This document shows positions 1 through 9,234 of a stretch of 64,000 nt of DNA, piece after piece. The stretch is taken from assembly GCA_048195375.1 (NCBI GenBank), contig DBFADZ010000039.1, positions 19,334 through 83,333 on the forward strand, read 5' to 3'. Position 1 is the first letter of the stretch, and the number at the start of each line of letters is the position of its first letter. This DNA comes from Collinsella sp. Its GTDB lineage: Bacteria; Actinomycetota; Coriobacteriia; Coriobacteriales; Coriobacteriaceae. The position numbers and the translations under genes were made by a program. The notes beneath the pieces were generated by a model. The model had not been told where the DNA came from. It did no database searches and saw only the letters and a program-made list of their open reading frames with translations.

Positions 1-75
1 ACCTTGCACAAATCTGTCCATTTATTCAGGCACACGTCAGCAAATGAACACTTAGCCGCAAAATGCCCAGATAGC

Positions 76-108
76 AAAAGACCGACGATGCAGGCGCATC
101 GTCGGTCT
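76..108 (-). terminator. Intrinsic terminator downstream of thiI
   Basis: 13-bp stem agaccgacgatgc/gcatcgtcggtct with 4-nt loop; adjacent A-run on + gives a short U-tract on -. Confidence 0.75.
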
Positions 109-118
109 ATGCACAAAT

Positions 119-1363
119 TTACTCGTGATCTTGGTAAATCTCACGCGGAGCAAGCTCCGAATGTTTGCATTTTAAGGTCTTGGGGGCCTTATACGTGTTG
201 CTCTCGAAGTCGATGTACTCGGTCTGCTTGAGCAGGCGCTCGATCATCTCCTCGTGATCGAACAACTCCCAGGCCTCATGCACGGCATCGAGTTTAGCGT
301 GCGTCTCGGGACGGCGCGGCATAAAGAGCGTGCAGCAGTCGGGAGCGGCCTCAGTCGAGATATCGAACGTACCGATCTCCTCGGCGCGCGCGATGATCTC
401 CTGCTTGTCCGAACCGATGAGAGGGCGGAACACGGGGATCTTCACGGCCTCGTTGACGGCCATGATGTTCTCAAGCGTTTGGGAGGCAACCTGCCCAAGC
501 GATTCGCCTGTAACGATGGCCTTGGCGCCCTCGATGTGTGCAATGCGCTCGGCAACCGAATACATAATGCGGCGATACATGATCACGCGCAGATTGCTGG
601 GACAGGTGACCGAAATCTCACGCTGGCAGTCGCCAAACGGCACCACGTACAGGCGGCCGATCTGGACACCCGGCTCAAGCGCACGGATGATGTCCTGCAC
701 CAAATACTCGCTCGTATCGGGCGTCTGCGGACGACCAGAGAAATGTACCGGCACGCACACCGCGCCGCGACGCGCGAGCATCCAGGTCGCCACCGGAGAA
801 TCGATACCCGACGACAGCAGCGTCACGACCTTGCCGGCAGAACCCACCGGCAGACCGCCCACGCCGCGCTCGGAGCGCGCGTACACATAAACGCTACCCT
901 GGACCACCAGTACGTGCACCATCGCATCGGGGTCGTGCATTTGAACCTTTTTATCGGGGAAGGCCTCGCACAGCACCTCGCCCACCTGACGATTGATGTC
1001 AATCGAGGTGAGCTCATAGTCGGTATTGGAGCGCTTGGCGTGCACCTTAAACGAATCGAAGGAACCAAACTCGCGCAGCGCCTTCACGGCGGCGGCACAG
1101 TACTCCTGAGGGTCGCGATTGGTGTGATACGCCAAAGACACGCGAGCAACGCCGGGAACGGTGCGAATGACACGCGCCGCCTCGTCGGCCTGATGCTCGT
1201 TAAAGGTCACGAGAATATAACCGGAAATTCGAGACACGGCATTCACGGAAAAGGCGGCCAAGGCCGCCTTGATGTTATCCATGAGGATATGCTCAAAATG
1301 TGCGCGGTTCTTACCCTTCAGTCCAACCTCGTGATAGTGGACCAGGCAGACGCGAGCCGCCAT
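119..1363 (-). CDS. thiI: tRNA 4-thiouridine synthase ThiI (THUMP + PP-loop, no rhodanese domain)
   Basis: HYHEVGLKGKNR N-terminus, LLSSGIDSPVA PP-loop, TGESLGQVASQT, RPLIG, DCC. Confidence 0.95.
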   Translation of the reverse strand: MAARVCLVHYHEVGLKGKNRAHFEHILMDNIKAALAAFSVNAVSRISGYILVTFNEHQADEAARVIRTVPGVARVSLAYHTNRDPQEYCAAAVKALREFGSFDSFKVHAKRSNTDYELTSIDINRQVGEVLCEAFPDKKVQMHDPDAMVHVLVVQGSVYVYARSERGVGGLPVGSAGKVVTLLSSGIDSPVATWMLARRGAVCVPVHFSGRPQTPDTSEYLVQDIIRALEPGVQIGRLYVVPFGDCQREISVTCPSNLRVIMYRRIMYSVAERIAHIEGAKAIVTGESLGQVASQTLENIMAVNEAVKIPVFRPLIGSDKQEIIARAEEIGTFDISTEAAPDCCTLFMPRRPETHAKLDAVHEAWELFDHEEMIERLLKQTEYIDFESNTYKAPKTLKCKHSELAPREIYQDHE

Positions 1364-1645
1364 TTAGGCTTCAGCAACCTTGTGGCCGAGCGCCTTCTCG
1401 TAACGGGCCTCGTCGTAAGAGATGTCGCCGTCGACAATCTCGTCCATAGCCATCGAAATGGTATCGGCACCGGAAAGCCCGATGGTGATGTCATCGACAT
1501 CCTGGACGGCAAGCACGCGGTTGTGCTGGCCACGCAGCATGCTGTTAATATCGCAGGCGCGCTTGGAGGCAAGCGAAGCAAGCAGGAAGCGGTTGTGATC
1601 GGTCTTCTCCAGAAGATCGTCAATGCAAGGCTTTACAACGGACAC
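1364..1645 (-). CDS. rpoZ: RNA polymerase omega subunit
   Basis: P.IDDLLEK..NRF.LA..ASKRA pattern; follows gmk. Confidence 0.9.
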   Translation of the reverse strand: MSVVKPCIDDLLEKTDHNRFLLASLASKRACDINSMLRGQHNRVLAVQDVDDITIGLSGADTISMAMDEIVDGDISYDEARYEKALGHKVAEA

Positions 1646-1650
1646 GGACC

Positions 1651-2220
1651 TCAGATCCTTTCATGCATATCGAGAACGCGAACGAGCTCATCGGTCGCGC
1701 GGTCGAGATCGTCATTAACCACGACGTCGTCGTAGCGGTCGGCAAGGGCAAGCTCATCGGCGGCGTTTGCCATACGCAGCTCAATCGTCTCGGGCGTCTC
1801 GGTACCGCGACCGACTAGACGCTCGCGGAGTACCTCAAGCGAAGGCGGCTTGATAAAGATCAGCACGGCCTCGGGGAAACGCTCCTTCACCTGCAGGGCG
1901 CCCTGGACATCGATCTCCAAAATCAGAGACGCGCCCGAGGCGAGCTTGGATGTGACCTCGCTCACCAATGTGCCGTAGCAGTTACCGTGGACCTCGGCCC
2001 ACTCAACAAACTCACCGTTTGCCACGCGGCGGTCGAACTCCTCGCGCGTCAGAAAAAAGTAGTTGACGCCGTCGACCTCACCTTTGCGTGGTGCTCGCGT
2101 GGTAGCCGAAACCGTCAGGCCCAGGTTCGAGCGGCGCTCGCGCACACGAGTGACGAGCGTACCCTTGCCTGCGCCTGACGGTCCAGAAATCACAAAGAGC
2201 TTGGAATCCTGAGCGCTCAC
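1651..2220 (-). CDS. gmk: Guanylate kinase
   Basis: SGPSGAGKGT, SATTRAPRKGEVDGVNYFF, EIDVQGA. Confidence 0.97.
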   Translation of the reverse strand: MSAQDSKLFVISGPSGAGKGTLVTRVRERRSNLGLTVSATTRAPRKGEVDGVNYFFLTREEFDRRVANGEFVEWAEVHGNCYGTLVSEVTSKLASGASLILEIDVQGALQVKERFPEAVLIFIKPPSLEVLRERLVGRGTETPETIELRMANAADELALADRYDDVVVNDDLDRATDELVRVLDMHERI

Positions 2221-2529
2221 TTATTTGGTCAGCTGCTCGAGGAGCTGCTCGCGCTGACGGACGCCGAGGCCCTGGACGCGACGGGTAGCGGAGATACCGA
2301 GCTCCTCCATGATCTTGGCGGCCTTGGCCTTGCCATAACCAGGAAGAGACTCGATGAGGGTGGAAACCTTCATGCGGGAAGCAATGGGGTCATCGGAGTT
2401 GAGCACGGACTCGAGGGACTTCTCGCCCTTCTTGATCTGCTCGCGAAGCTCAGCGCGGGCGTGACGTGCGGCAGCAGCCTTCTCAAGAGCCTGCTTGCGC
2501 TGCTCATCGGTAAGCTGAGGGAGTGCCAT
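2221..2529 (-). CDS. mihF: Actinobacterial integration host factor (mIHF/sIHF)
   Basis: MALPQLT.EQR..ALEKAAAAR..RAE, LPGYGK, RRVQGLG; start moved to ATG 2529, which has a GGAGG RBS. Confidence 0.93.
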   Translation of the reverse strand: MALPQLTDEQRKQALEKAAAARHARAELREQIKKGEKSLESVLNSDDPIASRMKVSTLIESLPGYGKAKAAKIMEELGISATRRVQGLGVRQREQLLEQLTK

Positions 2530-2768
2530 TCGTACCTCCAAATAGTTGGGTTATATCTGATTCAATAATTGGCATTTTAGCACGTAGAACGTACAAAATG
2601 CCCAATCGCGGCTCCATAGGTTAGACGATACCCGCAAAAAGTGCAATATACTGCGCCCAAAGTTAAGCCCCTGACCTGCGATTCCACACAAAGGATGGGA
2701 AAGTTTACGCAGGCACAGGGGCTAATTTGTGCTAATGAGACCCAAAAGTGGTGACTTAGGGGAATCTT

Positions 2769-3485
2769 TTACGCGACGTTTTCGACCAGCTCGGCGACAA
2801 TGGCGTCAAAGGCGGCAACCGGATCGTCGGCGCCGGTGATGGGACGGCCCACCACAATGTGGCTCGCACCGCGCTCGATAGCCTGGGAAGGCGTCGCCAC
2901 GCGGGACTGGTCACCAAGGGCGGCACCCACCGGACGCACACCCGGAGTCACGATCAGGGCATCAGGGCCCAGCAGCTCACGCATGTCGTGAGCCTCCATC
3001 GGCGAGCACACGATGCCATCGATGCCGTTGGCCTGAGCGAGCTTTGCCAGGCGGGCGGCCTCCTCGGCCACGGGCGACTCGACGCCGATCTCGCTCAAGG
3101 CATCCTGATTCATGCTCGTGAGCACGGTGATGGCGACGAGCTTGGCGCGGTCCTCGCGCGCCTCCTCGGCACCCTCGCGGCAGGCAGCGAGCATGGCGCC
3201 CGAACCCAAGCCGTGAACCGAGAGCAGGTCGGCACCGGCAAGCGAGGCCGAACGGGCGGCACCGCGAACCTGATGCGGAATATCATGGAACTTAAGGTCA
3301 AGGAAGACCTTAAAGCCCAGGTCCTTAAAGGTCTTGACGATCTCGGGGCCCTCAGCGTAATAGAGCGTCATGCCAACTTTGAGCCAAGCGGCATGACCAG
3401 AAAGCTCGTGGGCGAGCTCGAGCGCACGCTCGCGGTCGCAGTCGAGGGCGACGATTACGCGGTCGCGGGCATCGGTCTCTAGCAT
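2769..3485 (-). CDS. pyrF: Orotidine-5'-phosphate decarboxylase
   Basis: IVALD, FLDLKFHDIP, VTPGVRP, VVGRPIT. Confidence 0.97.
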   Translation of the reverse strand: MLETDARDRVIVALDCDRERALELAHELSGHAAWLKVGMTLYYAEGPEIVKTFKDLGFKVFLDLKFHDIPHQVRGAARSASLAGADLLSVHGLGSGAMLAACREGAEEAREDRAKLVAITVLTSMNQDALSEIGVESPVAEEAARLAKLAQANGIDGIVCSPMEAHDMRELLGPDALIVTPGVRPVGAALGDQSRVATPSQAIERGASHIVVGRPITGADDPVAAFDAIVAELVENVA

Positions 3486-4402
3486 TCGAAAGCACCTACC
3501 AGTTCGTTGATGTCCTTCACGCCCTGGGACTCAGCCCAGGCCTCGAGCTCGTGCGCGATCTTGAGCGAAGCGCACGGATCGACGAAGTTGGCCATGCCGA
3601 CCGACACGCAGGTGGCGCCGGCCAGGATAAACTCGGCCGCATCCTCGCCGGTCATGACACCGCCGACGCCGTTGATGGGGATATCGACGGCCTGGGCAAC
3701 CTCCCAGACCATGCGCACGGCGATGTGGTGGCACAGCGGGCCCGAAAGGCCGCCCTTGGGCTTGGCCACGCGGGACTTGCGGGTATGGACGTCGATGGCC
3801 ATGCCCTGAATGGAGTTGATGACCGAAAGGCCGTCGGCGCCGGCAGCCTCGAGGGCCTTGGCAATCTCGGCGACGTTGACCGGCGCCATCTTCACGAACA
3901 GCGGCTTATCGGTCACCTTGCGGCAGGCAGCCATAACGGATGAGGCGCCCTCGGGCGTAGAGCCCATGGCGGCACCGCCGGCGGCGATATTAGGGCAGCT
4001 CACGTTGATCTCGTAGCCGGCAGCCCAGGGGCACAGCTCGACATACATCTCGAGCGCGCGGACAAACTCGTCAACGGAGTGGCCGGCAACCTGACAGATG
4101 ACCTGGCAGCCGTCCTTGGACAGCTGTTCGAGCCACGGACCGGACTCGCGGGCAAAGGCGGCCACGCCGGGGTTCTGAAGGCCCACGGAGTTAATCATAC
4201 CGCCGGGGATCTCGGCCATGCGGGGCGCGGGGTTGCCGGGCCAGGGCTCGGCAGCGCAACCCTTGGTGGTGATGGCGCCCAGCTGGGAAACATCAAAGAA
4301 GTTCTGGAACTGCCAACCGTAACCAAAAGTACCGGCTGCGGTGTTGATGGGGTTCTGCATCTTGACGCCGCCGAAATCGACGGCCATGTTCACGGTACCC
4401 AC
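3479..4402 (-). CDS. pyrD: Dihydroorotate dehydrogenase B (NAD-dependent), catalytic subunit
   Basis: AGTFGYG, GNPAPRMAE, NSVGLQNPG, EINVSCPN, GGLSGP; GTG start at 4402 overlaps the pyrK TAG. Confidence 0.93.
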   Translation of the reverse strand: MGTVNMAVDFGGVKMQNPINTAAGTFGYGWQFQNFFDVSQLGAITTKGCAAEPWPGNPAPRMAEIPGGMINSVGLQNPGVAAFARESGPWLEQLSKDGCQVICQVAGHSVDEFVRALEMYVELCPWAAGYEINVSCPNIAAGGAAMGSTPEGASSVMAACRKVTDKPLFVKMAPVNVAEIAKALEAAGADGLSVINSIQGMAIDVHTRKSRVAKPKGGLSGPLCHHIAVRMVWEVAQAVDIPINGVGGVMTGEDAAEFILAGATCVSVGMANFVDPCASLKIAHELEAWAESQGVKDINELVGAFEC

Positions 4403-5193
4403 TAGAAGACCACCACCTTGGAAGCATCGAACACGGGGCCGCACATGCAAGCACCCTTCATACCGTCGACCGTCTCGACATTGCAGGTGTTGCAGGCGCC
4501 AAAGCCACAGCTCATCATGCGCTCAAGCGACACCTCGCAGTACGCACCGGCCTCGGCGGCAGCGGCGGCGACTTTCTTCATCATGACAGCGGGGCCGCAG
4601 CTGGCGACGTAGTCGTAGCCGCCCTCGCCGAGCAGCTCGGCGGCAGGATCGGTGCAAAAACCGTGCGTGCCGAGCGAGCCGTCGTCGGTGCAAACGTTAA
4701 CCGTGGCGCCCAGCGCGCGGAACTCATCGACACCCACGGCCTTGGAAGCGGTGCCAAAGCCCAGGCACACGTCAACATCCACGCCCTGCTCGGCAAGCAT
4801 ACCGGCAAGACACAGCACAGGCGGAACGCCGATGCCACCGGCGACGAGCAGGGCCTTCCTGGTGCCCTCGGGAACAAGCCAGCCGCGGCCGCCAGGGCCC
4901 AACAGGTTGGACTTGGAGCCGGGGGCCATCTGCGACAGACGACGGGTGTCGTCACCCACGACGGCGTACCACAGCTCGACGGTACCGGCCTGGGCGTCGG
5001 CGCGATAGAAGCTCAGGGGCACGCGAAGCAGCGAGGACGCATCGCCGGGCACGGCAATGTTCACAAACTGACCGGGCTTGAGCGCACTTGCAAGCTTGGG
5101 GGCCGAGACGACGAGCGAGAAGATGCCGTCGGCGATCTCCTGGTTCGAGACGACCTCGAAGTCGTGCATGCGTGCAGTGGAAGGTGTGGGCAT
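4402..5193 (-). CDS. pyrK: Dihydroorotate dehydrogenase electron transfer subunit
   Basis: PGQFV, GGIGVPP, CGP, E..M.CG.GAC..C...C..GPVF [2Fe-2S] motif. Confidence 0.93.
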   Translation of the reverse strand: MPTPSTARMHDFEVVSNQEIADGIFSLVVSAPKLASALKPGQFVNIAVPGDASSLLRVPLSFYRADAQAGTVELWYAVVGDDTRRLSQMAPGSKSNLLGPGGRGWLVPEGTRKALLVAGGIGVPPVLCLAGMLAEQGVDVDVCLGFGTASKAVGVDEFRALGATVNVCTDDGSLGTHGFCTDPAAELLGEGGYDYVASCGPAVMMKKVAAAAAEAGAYCEVSLERMMSCGFGACNTCNVETVDGMKGACMCGPVFDASKVVVF

Positions 5194-5285
5194 AAACGCT
5201 CCAATCCCCCATGCGGTTGCATGGTCAAAACGAACAGAAAGCGCGGCACCGCAAGGGCACCGCGCACAAAAGCGATAAGGCTATG

Positions 5286-6558
5286 CTAGCAGATGCAGCC
5301 GTCGGCGAGCGTCTGCTTACCGCCGACAAACACATCGGTGGCACGACCGGTAAGCGTGCGGCCGGCAAAACCGGAGTTCTCGGCGCGCGACTCGTAACCG
5401 TCCTCGCCGACCGTCCAGGTGGCAGAGGGGTCGAACACGGTCAGGTCGGCAACGGAGCCCGCCTTGACCTGAACCTGGTCGAGGCCCAGGATCTCACGCG
5501 GCTTGATGGCCATGAGCTCGACCATACGGCCCATGCTCATCTTGCCCGTGTTGACCAGCTCGGTGAGCACGAGCGACAGCGAGGTCTCGAGACCGATCAT
5601 GCCAAAGGGCGCAAGCTCGAACTCGCGGGCCTTCTCCCACGGGGTGTGGGGAGCGTGATCGGTGACGATAACGTCGACGGTGCCGTCGATGACGCCCTGA
5701 CGGATGGCCTCGGCATCCTCCTCGGTACGCAGCGGCGGATTGACCTTGAGCGAGGTGTTGTAGGTCTCGTCCAGGTCGTTCTCGGTCAGGAACATGTGAT
5801 GCGGGGTGGCCTCACAGGTAACCTGAACGCCAGCGGCCTTACCGGCACGCACGATCTCCAGGCCATGGGCGGTGGAGATGTGCTGAATGTGCAGCTTGGC
5901 ACCAGTCAGCTTGGCGATCTCGATGTCGCGGGCGATCTGGAGCTCCTCGCCGGCAGCCGGCCAACCCTCGAGAGCCAGACGGGTCGAGACCTTGCCCTCG
6001 TTGATCTGGCCGTGGCCGACCAGATCCTCGTCCTGGCAGTGGCTCATAAAGACCTTGCCGAACATCTTGCCGTAGTCCATGCAGCGACGGAGCATGCCCG
6101 CACCCTGCACGCCGCGACCGTCGTCGGTGAAGGCGACGGCGCCGTGGGCGACCATATCGCCCATCTCGGACATGGCCTCGCCCTTAAGACCGCGGGTCAT
6201 GGCGCCCGACGGATAGACGCGGCAGTGACCGACCTCGGCAGCGCGGGACTTGACGAACTCCACGACGGTACCGTTATCGGTGACGGGATCGGTGTTGGGC
6301 ATGGAGCACACGCCGGTAAAGCCGCCCTTGGCAGCTGCGCGGGTACCGCTCTCGATGTCCTCTTTGACCTCGTAGCCGGGCTCGCGAAGGTGAACGTGCA
6401 TATCCACCAGGCCGGGGACGAGGTACTTGCCGGAAAGGTCTCGGACCCCGGCTCCCTCGACGGCGAGATTCTCGCCGACCTCGGCGATCTTGTCGCCGTC
6501 AATCAGGACGTCAACGACACCGTCAAGCTCGACGGACGGGTCGACGACGTGGGCATTC

Positions 6559-6575
<17 letters not shown>
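5286..6575 (-). CDS. pyrC: Dihydroorotase
   Basis: PGLVDMHVHLREPG, MPNTDP, KVNPPLR, TDHAPH; start ATG 6575 with GGAGG RBS. Confidence 0.96.
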
Positions 6576-8104
<1,529 letters not shown>

Positions 8105-8131
8105 TCACATGTCTTGACTGCTGACACAGTC

Positions 8132-8228
8132 AAAAAAATAGATGCCCGACCGCTTAAAGCGGACGAGACACCCACAGGAAGGGCTGCTCTTTGGCAGCTA
8201 TGTAATTCCATGTGGGTATCTCGTACCC
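8132..8228 (-). promoter_or_regulatory. pyr leader attenuator (terminator, antiterminator and anti-antiterminator hairpins)
   Basis: Hairpin plus U7 at 8132-8172 shares an arm with a long hairpin at 8165-8222, which overlaps GGGTA-CGAGA-TACCC at 8214-8228; -10 TACACT at 8247-8252. Confidence 0.7.
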
Positions 8229-8480
8229 CTTTAATGGTCAAGGGATAGTGTAGCCAACCTCGAGCTTAATTGCGAGCATAAATACAGAGCAATCCGTAAA
8301 CGGAGCCCAAAGCCCAATAAACCTATATATATTTGTGGGACGAGCTTGAAAACGCACGCACGAGCTGGCATAATCCCCTCTGCTGCACGCAAATCGGATC
8401 TACGTCCAGGGCCGTGGCGTGAGCACTATCGCCAAAAGAGGAATATCTCTGTGTAGATTGCGCACAGGGAGTGACTTCTG

Positions 8481-8489
8481 TGCTATAGT
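8481..8489 (+). promoter_or_regulatory. Extended -10 promoter of rpmB
   Basis: TGcTATAGT about 55 nt upstream of the rpmB ATG. Confidence 0.5.
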
Positions 8490-8543
8490 TCAGGCTTGTT
8501 TGTTAACGCGACATGTTCGTTTGTCGCCCAAGGAGGGTCAGTT

Positions 8544-8732
8544 ATGTCCAAAGTTTGCGAAGTTTGCGGTAAGCACCCCGTTGCCGGTCGCTCCATCAGC
8601 CACTCTCACCGCGTCACCAACCGTAAGTTCCGCCCCAACATCCAGCGCGTCTACGTCGTCGTCGATGGTCACCGTCGCAAGATGAACGTTTGCTCCACCT
8701 GCCTCAAGTCCGGCAAGGTTGCGCGCTCCTAA
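8544..8732 (+). CDS. rpmB: 50S ribosomal protein L28 (Zn-ribbon form)
   Basis: MSKVCEVCGK..GRSISHSHR.TNRKFRPNIQ...VCSTCLKSGKV; AGGAGG RBS. Confidence 0.97.
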   Translation: MSKVCEVCGKHPVAGRSISHSHRVTNRKFRPNIQRVYVVVDGHRRKMNVCSTCLKSGKVARS

Positions 8733-8801
8733 ATAAGGTCTTACCAACAAGTACCTCGGACTCTCCGGGTCAAAGACCTCGCGTTCATATAGAACTTACC
8801 A

Positions 8802-8833
8802 AAGGCGTCCTCCCCTACGGAGGGCGCCTTTTT
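8802..8833 (+). terminator. Intrinsic terminator after rpmB
   Basis: aaggcgtcctcc/ggagggcgcctt stem followed by a T-run. Confidence 0.8.
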
Positions 8834-8836
8834 GCA

Positions 8837-9081
8837 CTCATTGGGGACAGACTTATATGAGGGTTTGCAGATGTCAAAGGGATCATAGCGCAGCTGGTAT
8901 GCCTTGTAACTGACGGTACGCCTCGAGCGAGTCGGACGCACCTTACACGGGATTGAAATGGATGTAATCGAGTAGCTGCACCGCCTGTGTGTCCGACTCA
9001 ACCGCGACCCGCGAATAGCGATTATCAAACAGATGTCCCGTTTTCCCATTGAAATACTCATGAGAGCCTGTCCCCAATGAG
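8837..9081. mobile_element. Non-autonomous REP-flanked element (internally deleted RAYT locus, REPIN-like)
   Basis: 25-bp inverted repeats at 8837-8861 and 9057-9081 (outer 14 bp identical, 21/25 overall), each CTCAT-N15-ATGAG with a GGGGACAG core, enclosing a transposase fragment. Confidence 0.8.
8865..9059 (-). pseudogene. Fragment of REP-associated tyrosine transposase (RAYT, Y1_Tnp/HUH family)
   Basis: Manual translation EYFNGKTGHLFDNRYSRVAVESDTQAVQLLDYIHFNPV*GASDSLEAYR then frameshift to SYKAY; matches the RAYT GHLF..R / YIH.NPV / WSSY motifs; stop at 8943-8945. Confidence 0.85.
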
Positions 9082-9112
9082 CGGGGCGATGCAGCAGGCA
9101 GATAGTTTTAGT

Positions 9113-9142
9113 TAAAACGCTTCAGTATATTGAAGCGTTTTA
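9113..9142. promoter_or_regulatory. Perfect inverted repeat (candidate operator) upstream of adhE
   Basis: TAAAACGCTTCA-N6-TGAAGCGTTTTA; extended -10 TGcTATCAT at 9186-9194. Confidence 0.6.
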
Positions 9143-9234
9143 GTATGCCTTTTACGGGAATCTTACCGTTCGCCGAATAATTTCTTGCTATCATGCAAGG
9201 CGTAGGGTAAATCTCCGATCGCAAGGAGACACAA

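Noticed and set aside
8369..8430. Superficial purine-riboswitch-like words (CATAAT...TCTAC...CCGT...ACTAT)
   Set aside because: P2 and P3 stems cannot be formed with the right spacing, and the downstream gene is rpmB
8741..9061. 106-aa minus-strand ORF in the track
   Set aside because: Chimeric read-through of the RAYT relic in mostly the wrong frame; it crosses the rpmB terminator, and only SYKAYQLRYDPFDIC looks ancestral
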